A DNA stretch of 63,989 bases, the filler included, from Phoronis australis (Eukaryota; Animalia; Phoronida), in NCBI GenBank assembly GCA_002633005.1. It is 6 parts of 6 records of this genome, joined end to end, with 100 filler letters (N's around TTAATTAATTAA, not from the genome) between each part and the next. Parts side by side here need not be neighbours in the genome. Positions count along the whole stretch, not along the records: positions 38,920 to 60,999 come from NMRA01000118.1; 5 more parts are not named here. The stretch is one strand, 5' to 3'. Positions 40,331 through 53,139 of this stretch are shown one piece after another. Numbering within the stretch: position 1 is the first letter of the stretch; every line of letters begins with the position of its first letter. Below the pieces are notes generated by a model. The model ran no database searches and was not told the DNA's origin. It was given only the letters and a program-made list of their open reading frames with translations. The translations under genes were made by a program, and so were the position numbers.

Positions 40331-41180
40331 CCTTTTCAAATTGGTTAACGGGTTGCTGTCAGTAACTTCCCATAACAATTCGTTTAATACACACGCGCAG
40401 AGTCCATTATTGTCACGCCGTGACAATAATCTTTCTAGTTCAATAAAGCATTTAGAGCTGCTCGACATTCATGAACTTACCACTGTTATCGTTTAGTGTA
40501 CTTCATTGCGATATGGTGGTCTGATGATAGGTCGAATTTTCCGGCAGCCTTCAACTAAGTTCAGTGGCGTATCGTCATTTCTTACAAGGTAGCTTCTGTG
40601 CTGTGCACGAATGTTTTGTGTTTTTGATGAATTTGGAATCTCAGCTTCCCCTCGTGAGTAGTTGGCAGAGTCATGACGGATGTGCATAGAGGGTGCAGCA
40701 CTGAAAAAAGTGGGAGTTAAAGCCCCCTCAGCCACCCTCCCCGTAGTGCACCGCCTATAGACCATATGCAGCCTAGCACTGAAAAAAGTGTGGCTGTAGC
40801 CCTCCCCCCAGCGCCCTATGGTGCGCTGCACATTGACCAAAAGGTCAATTCTCCGGAACCGCCCCACCGAGAGAGGATCTCGTGTAAAATGGAATGAAAG
40901 ACTAAAAATCATTAAGCTTGGGAAAGAGTGACAATTGATTCTTTTACATGTCGTGTTACCCTGCAAGAAATGACACTCCTCAATATGAAAGCCGGTTGTG
41001 CGATTTCACAAAAAACAGAGGTAATCACTGAATTGCAGCATTGGGCCCTCTCTGTGTGAGCGGTCCCTTTAATAATTTGTCAATAAAAACACGAAAAAGG
41101 TGGTCACTTAAATGTCATCAATGGCCCCCTTCAAGGACTGCTTAAGCCACTGAACGGGAAAACGCTGTCATGCAGTGAAA

Positions 41181-44100
41181 ATGGAAGGCAGCAGCAGGCC
41201 ATGAGTGGGCGTGTGTGATAACTCGGATTTCTAGTCTCTTATTATGAAAACTATTGAAGGCAATTATCAGCACCTGCAAACAAGAATTTTGAAGTATGAA
41301 GAATTTCAACTGGAGTTAGCTGTAGTCTTAGTCGTGAAGCTGCCGACATTCCAGCCACGGCTACTGCGGGTCCTTTGAAGCAAGCGCATATACACAAATT
41401 TTGAAGAATGGCAAGGAAACGTTTTGTGTTGACGGAACTGTCCTTGGCGAGGAAATGACAGAGGCATTTAATAATGACCAACTGTTGTGGATTAATTTGG
41501 GAGAACACTTACCAAAACTAACTTCCAAGTATGCATACTGTGGCGGAATTAAGAAATATGATTATGACACTGCTAACTGTAGCTGTGTGCGATTTTTGCC
41601 GAAATATCTAACGTTAGACTTACAGCAGGCCCGGGATATGTTTGAGAGCCACAAAGTGTGCTAAAATGGTAGAAAGTTAGGCGTAACATTTCTGTAGCAG
41701 ATAAAAGATTGATTACCGCAGAAGGCCGGTGTCTTCAATGCCCAGAGAAATTTAGGCAGGCAAGGTGACTGTGTGCTGTCCATATATTTATTCTTGGATA
41801 CAGGGGTCCTCCTCAAAATGAATTTCCCACGGTCGTTCTTTATGGCGATAGCAATTTTTTCGTCAACTGAATTAGAACAGGAATCATAGACCTCTCGCGC
41901 GCCCAGTCTATGGTTCTGACACTTCAAACCTTTATCAACACGATATCTAACCTCAGAAAGTTCGATGTTGACCTCGTTCTAGACTTCTCTGCAACCCACT
42001 GTCAAGGGATGAAAACAATTCAAAGTCCGCCCCTCGAAATAGGGTTTGGTTAGCTGGCATTTAGTGCGGTCATGGGAGTGTTTTCATCTCCTGATTGCGA
42101 AGCGATGAGTGTTCGCTGTGGTAGTTTAAAATCAGCGCGTGCTCTCAGCGGCAGGTCACCGGTTTATCCACTAGCGCTGGACTCTGAAATACCTTTTCAA
42201 GTCATACCGGATCACTTTAAAACAAGGACTCATTTTGTAACCCAAAACGGAAATGGAAATACAATACACATAATCGTGGCTTATTGAAATAGGTCTATAC
42301 TGGTATCTATTTTGTTATTATAGTATACTATGATTTGTGAACCAAAGGCTTCTTATAAAATTTGGTGTTTAGAACAAGGGCCATTCAGTATCTGAATGAG
42401 ATTCCATGGTGTGGGTGGGTGACGTGCCGATTAAAAGGCTGATTTTCACCAAATTTGGCATCGAATTGCGAAGGTTTTTTGTCGAGTTTGGGCCTGAAAA
42501 TTGATAGGATATGGTTTTCTCTAAATTTTGTATTGACAGGTTTATTTTTCAAAATTCGATTACTGTTTAGATACCTGTGCTTTGAACAAGAAACAAATGA
42601 CCGTTTCTTCAGAGGGTATTCTTTTGGTATTCATTCTGTAAGCCTCTCTGGTATTGAATTCAAGCAGCCCTATGAGTCAGGTTTTGAAACGAGTCACTTT
42701 ATTCCAGTCAGGGTATACTTCAAAACTTTACATTATAAGTAATGGGTGGCTTATTGANCGACGGTCCCATTTGATCCCCGGAGATCCTGTTTTGGGTGAG
42801 TCAGTCCGATTTTGAGTACCGGAGGTCATGTTCTTTCTCACCCGTGATATCTAACCTCAGAAAGTTCGATGTTGACCTCGTTCTAAACTTCTCTGCAACC
42901 CAGTCAGGGGATGAAAACAATTCAAAGTCCGCCCCTCGAAATAAGGTTTGGTTAGCTGGCATTTAGTGCGGTCATGGGAGTGTTTTCATCTCCTGATTGC
43001 GAAGCGATGAGTGTTCGCTGTGGTATCTTTTAAAATCAGCGCGTGCTCTCAGCGGCAGGTCACCGGTTTATCCACTAGCGCTGGACTCTGAAATACCTTT
43101 TCAAGTCTTACCGGATCACTTTAAAACAAGGACTCATTTTGTAACCCAAAACGGAAATGGAAATACAATACACATAATCGTGGCTTATTGAAATAGGTCT
43201 ATACTGGTATCTATTTTGTTATTATAGTATAATATGATTTGTGAACCAAAGGCTTCTTATAAAATTTGGTGTTTAGAACAAGGGCCATTCAGTATCTGAA
43301 TGAGATTCCATGGTGTGGGTGGGTGACGTGCCGATTAAAAGGCTGATTTTCACCAATTTTGGCATCGAATTGCGAAGGGTTTTTGTCGAGTTTGGGCCTG
43401 AATTGATAGGATATGGTTTTCTCTAAATTTTGTATTGAGAGGTTTATTTTTCAAAATTCGATTACTGTTTGGATACCTGTGCTTTGAACAAGAAATAAAT
43501 GACCGTTTCTTCAGAGGGTATTCTTTTGGGTATTCATTCTGTAAGCCTCTCTGGTATTGAATTCAAGCACCCCTATGAGTCACGTTTTGAAACGAGTCAC
43601 TTTATTCCAGTCAGGGTATACTTCAAAACTTTACATTATAAGTAATGGGTGGCTTATTGAAAAGGGTTCATGGAGGCACACTAGTGCTCAGTTCTTCTGA
43701 CGAATATCCTGGTCGCAAAATTTTCTTAAACCTCTTAAAGATGTAATTGCATGCTCCTAACTGCGCTAATGTATTACAGGAACTAAACAATAATGCCTTT
43801 TGAATATCAACAAAGTGCAGCTGTATTCACTGACACCTTGTAAATGTGAAAACAAAAAATTCTGCAAATAGCGGTGACCTTCGCACTAATGACATACCTC
43901 GCGGGCTCAAATGGTACCTACTGAATATGGCGGATCATTTTAGCTACAAAACTTGTTCTTAAAAACATAAGACAATTTTCAACCAACTTCACCGATGCAC
44001 AATGTTTCTCAGTAATTTTGCCTAGCAATCACAGAGATAAGGAATTACTCACAAATTCAGATTTACATGACCTCAGAAAGCAAAAACCATTCTACAAGTG

Positions 44101-44490
44101 AAAATTGCTAATGTACAGGCAACTTTGCCGTTTTCGAATTCCAGGTGATAGCTACAATTACTGCTACATGTGTAAAGCATCGGGAAGTTATGCACACTTC
44201 AACCTGTGTTAAGTCCAATTTGAGGACGCTGCTGGAAGTTGCATAATGCAACAATAAATATAAGAGTGTTTTCATTGTCTTCTTTCAGACCTACAATCTT
44301 CTACAAATTTGTGTATTCTCATTTAAAGCCTTGTGCCAGGATTTTCACACCAGACATCCAGGCTACTACATTTCTCATCCACTTCAGTTGAAGGGTAGTG
44401 CTGTTGAAACTTTTTATAGCCAATACAAGAACATATCAAGCAGAAAGCTGACATCAGTAAAGTTTCCACATGCCCGGTACTGACTAAGAG
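41181..44490 (+). pseudogene. Possible spliced P-element-like transposase remnant (pieces at ~41181-41765 and 44289-44490)
   Basis: After an acceptor tctttcag (44288): TYNLLQICVFSFKALCQDFHTRHPGYYISHPLQLKGSAVETFYSQYK..KLTSVKFPHAR. This resembles the segment around the last catalytic Glu of P-like invertebrate transposases. The upstream decayed Cys-containing ORF (YAYCGGIKKY..VRFLPKYL) may be its N-terminus. Assignment is from memory of motifs. Confidence 0.4.
41942..43660 (+). repeat. ~815-bp near-identical direct duplication (41942-42757 / 42846-43660)
   Basis: The copies differ by a few SNPs and indels; the first ends exactly at a single N (42758). Confidence 0.9.
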
Positions 44491-44772
44491 ACTGCAGAGA
44501 GAGGTCAGAGGTATTGTTGCAACCCATGAGATTCCACTCAGGAAAAAGCAAAAAAGAACTGAGGAACACAACAATGTACTGATTCACAAGGCATAGTCGC
44601 AGTAGTAACATGCCTACCAGTGCTCTGAATATAAGACTGCTACAAGTATTTTACTAGTGCCATTTTTGGTTCGAATAGCACTGTGTGCAAATATACGGTG
44701 TACTTTGCATATGTAGATTGATTTTGTAGTTGTTGTTCTTCTCCGTGTATGTACGGAACATCTCTCTACTGA

Positions 44773-45660
44773 CAAGCATTTTCTGCCGTCAGATTACGAC
44801 AGAGATATGTACGCTGAATTGACGAAGGTCCCTGCGAAACAACGCTTGAAGAAACCGGTACCATACCGTCGCTGACGTTGATTCCCGTCGCCAACCTCGA
44901 GAAGTGCGTTTTTGAAGCGAGAAGCCTCGCGTGCTGTGGCCTCTATATACATATAGTACAGTGACTGGAGGCACTTCATCTACTGTCGCCCGTGCCTCCG
45001 AACGTACCCCCACTTCGTGCAACTCCGGAAACTAGCAGTGATTCGCCCTGTGCTGTTGTCTCTAGCCCAGAGCCTGTAAGCAGCCCTGCAGCGATGTTGA
45101 GTAGTGGGAGTGAATACAGGCCCAGTTCGACACCCAGTGAAGAGGACAGTTCGGATGAACAGATCGGTGAGCCTAAGTTTGATACATTTATTGTGGTCTT
45201 GTATTGGACTCTATTTAGTAGGTGCCAGGTGTGTGGCGAAGGAGTCACACGGCGAGATGTAAGCAGTTTGGGTGCTCCGATCACCTTCCAGTGGGAGTGT
45301 GTTGCGGGACACTCGGGCAAGTGGGACAGTTCTTCCTCTGTACGTCAGACGATAATGAGTACACCCCACTGAGTACGCAGCAACAGCGTGGCATGTTGAC
45401 TGACTCGTAAGCAAAAGCAACCGACGACCGAACTTATCACAGCCGAGGTAGAACAATGACTGACTCGACTGCTCTTACAGTCAGACTATATGAAAAGAAA
45501 TTGGCGCGAAATTCTTGCCTCCCAAAACGTCACTTCCGGAATAGACGACGAGTAATTAATTAAATTACGAAAAGCATTAAATAAGTAAAAAATATGTCTT
45601 GGATAATCAACGAACCTTATTTTTACTAAAAATGACATGAAAAAAAGGTTGCCTTCGCCT
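44773..45660. mobile_element. Rearranged partial Kolobok-type copy
   Basis: 44773-45344 matches 49645-50230 in the same orientation. 45342-45660 is the reverse complement of the left end (49198-~49510) and ends ..TTCGCCT|TTAA (45661-45664). Confidence 0.85.
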
Positions 45661-47551
45661 TTAAAATATCCCTTTTTAAATTTAAACACTAGCCTTTGAG
45701 ACCATAATCGACACAGCACATTCAAGCTGTTACAGCTGCATTTCGCCACTATTTAGCCTTCATTGTTAATTCAAACGATTGGATGCTTTGGGTATGAAAT
45801 TTTTACCACGCTCATCTAACCTTGAATTATTGTCGAATAAGCCGGCAGCTCAAGTCATTGCGTACATTAGACACAATCTTAGGGTTGATCAAACTCAATA
45901 AGCTCTGCAGCGTTTTCGATCCTATGGTCTCGACATTCTTCAGTATTGGTAATGGAAATGGCATCCTATCGCGCAAACAGGGAATATCATGAGGCCAGTT
46001 TTATGAGAGCAAAAGGCCATATTCGATTTTCGTTTGTCAGCTGAGCAGGGCGAAACCCAGCGCTAACTAAAATCACAACTTCTTAAATGGCATCAGGTGC
46101 AAACTAGAATTGAAAGTTATCCATCCTTTGTGCACTCGAACATAAAATTAGTAACACTTATCTTAAGTTCATACAAAAGAAGAATAGAAAATGGCAATGA
46201 AAAATAATTTCGTGTTTGATTTCGAGTAAAAGATTAGAACCCGCGGCCCAGAACTAGCAAACACCAAACTCACAGTCCACACCCGTTTCTCTTAACTCCT
46301 CACACACGCCCTAAAAACATCACAATACCCGGTGACTAAAAGGCCACACCCGTCCCGGGTACTCCATTCCAGCGGCGACCAATTCAGGCAGACTGCGTCG
46401 GTCGGACTCATTGCAAGGTCATGTGCTGTGCTGCCCACAGTCTATGTGTGGTGCACCACAGGGGGCTATAACACCCACTTTTTTCAGTGCTGCGCCTCCC
46501 ATGGGGCTTCATATGGGTTGCCTGTCTCCATAGAGTTAAGAAAATTGCGAAATGCAACATCAACAAGTTTTTGTGAGATATCACCGCCGGTACATTACAA
46601 ACGAAGCAATTGCGATCCGGTAATACTATTTGGCGGAACTGTAAGCCTTGCCTGTTCTCAGTGCATCCGTATGACAAGCGACATATAGCTCATTCGTAAG
46701 CTGACTACCAAAAAGTACAGTCAAGGTAGTCAGCTATGAAGGTGTTCACATCGAAATTTGTCAAGTTGACCTTGGAGACATCGGTGGACTTCGAAAATCT
46801 TTTTTATCATACTAATTTCTCTTGGTGTAAAACTAAGATGATTTCAATATCGACTAGTTCATGGAATATGTACAAATTCATTTCTTTCTAAACTAGACGT
46901 CTCGGAGTCCTCTGCTTGTATATTTTGTAAACAAGGCCTAGCATCTTGGTCATTTTTGTGTCTATAGTGTGAATTTATTAGAGCATTTGGGAAGATGTTT
47001 GACCTTTGCTTCAATGGTAATGGTGATGTATTGACGAACGCTAGTATTATTTTATATTCAATAACAAATTAAATTTTGATTTTAGCAAAATATAACATAA
47101 ACTGTCAAAGATTTGGCTTTACCATTTCTTTATGCTTTTGCAAATATCATGATTTTATAACAGTACTGCACCACTGCAATTTTTTTCACGGGACAGCTTG
47201 AAGGATTTGGAGATAGACGGTTGAATTTTTCCGAGAAACTATAGTGAACGATTGAGTGCGTAGCGTGTGGCATTTAATGAAAAGAAATATGTGATAGTAG
47301 TCATTATTGGATTTTTTTAATTTGTATCAGTACACGCTCTTGATCTATGTGTGTGTATGTGTGCCGGATTATTACTCTGACTTAGCGTATAACTTTTTGA
47401 GTTATTCGAAATAAATGTATTTTAAAAAAGTTGTACTCAGCAAGCCGCAACTTTGCTGTTTGATTGCAGACCCATGCTCAATGGTAGTCAGTGTTAAATC
47501 ACTGACCTTCAGGCGGCGTTTTGAGACCTGCAGTCGGGTCTCATACTAGGT

Positions 47552-48305
47552 CATAGGCGGATTTAGGGGTGGCCCAGGGGGCCCGCCCCCCCCCCCCTTG
47601 GCTGCCGCAAAAAAATAAAACAGTAAGAGCGTAGGGAAATGGTGAGTTTATTAATTAGCCCCGGTAATTAAAATTATACGGATGAAAAAAGATTTAAATG
47701 TGTGCAGTTTTAGTGTTGGGGGGAGCTTAAACCCAATTTCAAGTGTCAAATTCGGAACACGGCGCATTCGTAACGGAACTATGACTAACGTATAGGATCT
47801 CCCGCGATATCCTAGGCGACCGGCAGTGGCGCTGCGCACTACGACTCCGTTTCCGTCGTCTGCTCCACTGTGCAATGAAGAAAATTTACTTCACTTTTGA
47901 AAGAAAATGGAACCTGAGTGACGATGAAAAAACAGAAGCTGCTTGTGAGATGTGAATTTTAATCGAAGCCTTAGTGAATCACTCAGAAACTCGCAATACT
48001 CTCTTTGTCAAACCTTATCTTATGACGGTTTCCAAAGCAATCCCTTCATTAGTCGAAAAATGGATTTGGTCTTTTGGGCATTTGAAGATTATTTCAAATA
48101 CGACAAATTTGTTAAGAATTGATGGCACAAAATATAAAACGTGTAATAAGCATTNNNNNNNNNNNNNNNNNNNNNNNNNNNNNNNNNNNNNNNNNNNNNN
48201 NNNNNNNNNNNNNNNNNNNNNNNNNNNNNNNNNNNNNNNNNNNNNNNNNNNNNNNNNNNNNNNNNNNNNNGCCCCCCCCCTTGTGATATCCTAGATCCGC
48301 CACTG
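47552..48305. mobile_element. hAT-like MITE, copy 2 (interrupted, contains a gap)
   Basis: CATAGGCGGATTTAGG...CCTAGATCCGCCACTG; near-identical to 12021-12275 and 12492-12524. Confidence 0.7.
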
Positions 48306-49462
48306 CTCTAAGTATAACCATGTAGCCAGTACGTGTAAACCCCAATCAGGTGAGGATGGGGCGGGAGTCCAGAGGTACGACTTATTAAACTGGAGCCAGG
48401 AAAAAGATTCCGTCTAAATTGCGACCTAGTGGTGCTTTCAGCTGGTAGTGGCTGCTGTACTAGCAGAGGACACCGTGTGACGAAGTCAGAGGACTCGCGG
48501 TGCATATACAGAAAGTAGCATTGCACACTGCACAGCGTTGCAAGTTAGTGTCATGTTTACTCCTCAAGTCCAATTGTGGTAGCTGGTAGCACCATATGAT
48601 ATGGCCGAATAAATTTTCTGTTCACGCAGAGCATGACCTCACTCAGCGCGCGAAACACTACGTCGACCTCGCTCTTCGCCACCCGTTTCCTGGCGATTCG
48701 ATCCGCAATGTTCCGCTTTAGTTCATGGAAGAGGCGAGACAACTCCTCAAATATTACTTCACTAAACGGAGCCGAGACAAACGTGTCCCATTTACAGCAT
48801 GCAAATTTGATATGCTAAATGAGGGAGGACTTGATTACTGCGCCATCTATACATCGACGGAAAAGCAAATACCCGGGTGTTTCTGTAACAACCCAATAGG
48901 GGCGCTGCAGAAACGAAACATGACAAGGCGGAAGAACCAGGTGAGTAAAGGAAAAAGGCGCATTGAGTGTCCGTAAGCTATAGAAGAGAAATGCTGAGCA
49001 AGATTAGAGATCTACCTGGTGGTTACAAACTGTTGCGTAAGTTGGTTTGCGACTGTTCTTCTTTGAAAACATTTTGATTGTTATTTGCTGTTGTATTTTT
49101 CATAGGCCTACTGGTACGAATAACTGGACACTCGAGTCGAGCGGCTCGCTGCTCGTTCTCTGTCACAAGCACGGTTATAAGGAAGGGGTAGGCTTAAAGG
49201 CGAAGGCAACCTTTTTCCATGTCATTTTGAGCTGAAATAAGGTTGTTTGGTTATCCTAGACATATTTTCCACTTAATTACAGCTTTTCGTAATTTTATTA
49301 ATTACTCGTCCGCTACTCCGGAAGTGACGATTTAGGAGGCAAGCATTTCGCGCCAATTTCTTTTCATATAGTCTGACTGTGATAGCTGCCGAGTCAGTCA
49401 TTGTTCTACCTCGGTTGTGTTAAGTTCCGTCGTCGTTTGCTTTCATTTACTAGTCAGTCAAC

Positions 49463-50534
49463 ATGCCACACTGTTGCTGCGTACCGGGATGTACTAATTA
49501 TCGTCTCACGCGCGCTTTGGGAGTACCTTTGCATCGCTTTCCGATGGATGACACACTTCGCCGTACTTGGCTCGTTCGTGTGAAGAACGCAGCGTTACCC
49601 GTCCACGCAACGTACAAAGCAGTGGAGAATTACCGTGTGTGTGGCAAGCACTTTCTGCCGTCCGATTACGAAAGGGATTTGTACGCTGAACTGATGAAGG
49701 TCCCCGCGAAACAACGCTTGAAGAAGGATGCCATTCCGTCTGTGTTGATTCCCGGCAGTGCCCCGTCGCCACCCCCGAGAAGTGCGTTTTTGAAGCGAGA
49801 AGCCTCGCGAGCTGTGGCCAGTACAGTGACTGGAGCCAGTGGAGGCACTTCATCTACTGTCACCCGTGCCTCCGAACGTACCCCAGAGCGTGCAATTCCT
49901 GGAACCAGTAGTGATTCGCCCTGTGCTGTTTTCTCCAGCCCAGAGCCTCTAAGCAGCCCTGCAGCGATATTGAGTAGTGGGAGTGATTACAGGCCCAGTT
50001 CGACACCCAGTGAAGAGGACAGTTCGTCGTCCAGTGAACAGATCGGTGAGCCAAACTTTGATAAGTTTATTGTGGACTTGTCTAAAGTGTTGGAGCTATT
50101 TAGAAGGTGCCAGGTGTGTGGCGAGGGAGTCACACGACACAATGTAAGCAGTTTGGGTGCTCAGGTCACCATCCAGTGGGAGTGTGTCACGGGACACTCT
50201 GGCAAGTGGGACAGTTGTTCCTCTGTCCGTGGTATGCCGGAGGTCCACTTAACCATGTCCAGTGGTGTGCTCTTCACTGGAAACACGTTTCAGTCGGTGA
50301 AGACAATGATGGACTTTGGAAAAGTCAAGTTTTTTTTCGAAAACAACATTCAACAACATTCAGAATTCCTATTTAATACCAGTTGTCAATGACGCATACA
50401 TGTCACAACATCTCGAGTTGGTGGCGGAATTCATGGAGAAGGAGAACTTGTCTGACTCACCAGGGCGGTCCGCCAAGTATACCACATACACTCTAATGGA
50501 GGAAGAGACCAAAAAGATAATTGATGTGGAACTC
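49463..50534 (+). pseudogene. THAP-domain DDE transposase, N-terminal part (frameshifted, truncated)
   Basis: THAP C2CH: CCVPGC..LHRFP..RRTW..RVCGKHF..LKKDAIPSV. Then FIV..LELFRRCQVC..C..GH..KW and DSPGRSAKYTTYTLME..KIIDVEL. Frameshift at the poly-T near 50330. Confidence 0.85.
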
Positions 50535-50804
50535 GGAACAGCACAAGCATTCAATTGAGGTAGGCATAACAACGCACACAGTGCATTTGCACCAAGATGT
50601 GTCACCACGTCTGTCCTCAGTAGCCGCCTCGTTTCTCTCAACAGCTGCCTGTGCCTTTGCGTACTCTGCCTCGTTATACTCGGGCTCAAACATGTACCCA
50701 CCCACTGAATGTCCGTGAAAAAATTCCTCGTCAACACTGCTGTGAACAAGGACTCCGTCACTTACACTACTGTCACTGTGATACGGGTCAGCGACTCCAG
50801 CCAT
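50532..50804 (-). pseudogene. KolX-like accessory ORF with P2X7 C-terminal (ballast)-like Zn-binding motif, truncated
   Basis: ATG at 50804; GYMFEPEY..RRGDTSWCKCTVCVVMPTSIECLCCSE. Similarity ends at the deletion junction. Confidence 0.75.
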
Positions 50805-52644
50805 TTTCAGCTTACAACACACTAAACAATCCCTAAATCCAACGTAGTTGAGTTCTCTACTAACCTATCTGGCCGCAGAATACTCGCCGATGGAAAGTGA
50901 TGGCGACAATTGTTGAAAAACAGCACAAAACAAAAGTAGAATAGAACAGATTCGCACGGTAAAGTCAACGCAAAACCAAGTGGCGGGAAACGCTTGCCTC
51001 CTAAAACGTCACTTCCGGAGTAGCGGACGAGTAATTGATAAAATTACGAAAAGCTGTAATTAAGTGGAAAACATGTCTAGGATAACCAACCAACCTTATT
51101 TTAGCTCAAAATGACATGGAAAAAGGTTGCCTTCGCCTTTAACAAGCTGGTCTGTCTGTGTTTGACATTGTTGCACCCACAGATAGAGAGGTCGGATGTT
51201 CTACTATAAATGCTGTGAAAGCACGCGACTCACGTCGAGACCGTTATGTTGTTGTGTGCAGGGGCGGATCCAGGATTTTGAGTTAAGGGGGACCAGGGCA
51301 CGGGAATAACCAGAATTTCGGCAGATGTGCGTGCCCAGCCTAAAATGTGGGGACACAGAGGCATCAAATGTTTGGGGTTGCGGACCTGTTGACTAAAAAA
51401 ATGGGGTTTGTTCAGTTTGCTCAGAGCCTATGCATTGTTTATTCACATGAGAGCCCGTTTCCGTCTGAAAAAAGTGGGGGCTACAGCCCTCCCCAGCTCC
51501 CTATGGTGCGCCGCCCATGTATATCTATGGCCACATGGTAAAAGCAGACATCGACATGGTATTACATCACCCCATAGACAGGGCGTTAAGGATTGATTTA
51601 GCTCTAGGGTTGGCGTTATAGGGTTACCACCTAGAGTTCAGGTGGGGTTGCATGCTCAGAATTGTACGATGACACTTGGTAATTGGCCCTTTATACTAGT
51701 ATCTGTCGGGCACCCAGCACAATCGCCATAATCGAGCAGGCTTGCTGTGGACTACTTTCTAGTTTTAGGTTACAAAAGTCACATTTCTTGGTCAATTTTG
51801 CAAATTCAAAACCTTATCATGTACATGTGCTTTTCACGAACTATTCAAATATGGTCTTTCAAAACTTTCAAAATGAAAATATAAAGAATTCTATTGTCAC
51901 CCCAGGTTTTACAGCGGTATATGTTTATGGGTGGTTTCATTGAAGATAGGCAGCAGATTTTAAGGCTAGTGTAGCCCACTGAGTTACCCAGACTTCATTG
52001 GTGAAGGTACTGGCATAAATTTTTTTTCATGGTAACTGGCACTTTTCGGATATAATGGACCCTCATTTAGAGTACCTGGTAATCACCGAATAAAGGGCCC
52101 ATGACTCAGTGGATGCAGCTGGTTCTGTAAATCAGGGTCCTCTGTATCCAACCAGTGCTGGCCTGTCAGGGCTATATGAATGTGTCAGCTGCACTGGCCA
52201 CTTTATACGGTGGCACTGTCCTGGACCACTTCAGATGGGGGGAGGGGAAGGGGCACTGTTCTAGACTAGGGATGCCAAGCATGATGAACGTGGTCCACGT
52301 TCACCATTCTGCCTTTGTAGGCAATGTGTCACCCCCTCCAGTGAAACTGGCAATAAATATTGGGCACATCATGTTACTTTCTCTGACAACTCTTGTCTAG
52401 CGTGCACAGTGAATGGTTGAAGTCCTTTTCTTGTGATATATCAAGTACCTGTGTAAACACTAAGTTTGCAAGGCTGAACTCTTATGAACTTGTCGAGGCC
52501 AGGCAAGATCACTCAGTGAAAGTGTAACTATAAGATCTTCTAAGTCAGTTTGTACCCGCTCTATAAAACCTTTTTGACACCATGTGCTATCTACTGCATG
52601 CTGCATACAATCTATACTCTTTGTGTTTTTAGTATTGGCTCAAG

Positions 52645-53139
52645 ATGCTATCATGGTTTGGTGATGGGAGATCGTTGTGTGCTGCTATCCTGCTGCATTT
52701 GCTTCAGCATAGTCACGGCCATCAACTTACAAAGCATATTCAGGAGCATTTAGATGAACGTGCTGACCACACCCCTACCCTTATATGGGCGGTCAGTTTG
52801 AGCCCAGGGGTGGGGCAAACGCCAGAGCAAGTGGAGGGTTGCGTCAGTCAGCTAACTACTGGTACAGGATTGCTGTATAGGAAGGCATTTGCTGAAGATT
52901 TGTACCATTATCTGTTATACCATGAAAGCCATGACTATTTCCGCACACCAAGCCACAGGGTGTTGCGTGTTAGAAATGTGTCCCTTCACCCCTCTGATCA
53001 TGAAGTGGTGAAGGCCAGGGTACACAAGGTCTTGGAGCAAGAGGCCGCCATTCACTGGTACTCCCAACAAATCCTTCGACCCCGTGTCAAGAGATCTATA
53101 GTGTTCAAAGATCCAGCTTATCCTATGCAATGGCATTTG
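52645..53139 (+). CDS. PCSK7: Proprotein convertase PC7, exon with signal peptide and prodomain
   Basis: Acceptor at 52632, ATG at 52645, hydrophobic leader. WYSQQILRPRVKR|SIVFKDPAYPMQWHL contains an RxKR autocleavage site; donor GTAAGT. Confidence 0.9.

Larger units (their letters stand above)
49198..51138 (+). mobile_element. Kolobok-type DNA transposon, internally deleted
   Basis: 158-bp TIRs (49198-49355 / 50981-51138, AGGCGAAGGCAACC..). TTAA lies outside both ends (49194-49197, 51139-51142). Two convergent ORFs inside. Confidence 0.88.

Noticed and set aside
40684-40835. Short ~75-bp repeats (also ~46440-46503 inverted and ~51465-51520)
   Set aside because: Ordinary small MITE-like fragments, not tRNA or ncRNA.
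41942-43660. Biological tandem duplication
   Set aside because: Near-identical copies with a single N at the end of the first; more likely an uncollapsed haplotype or contig overlap, though not excluded as real.
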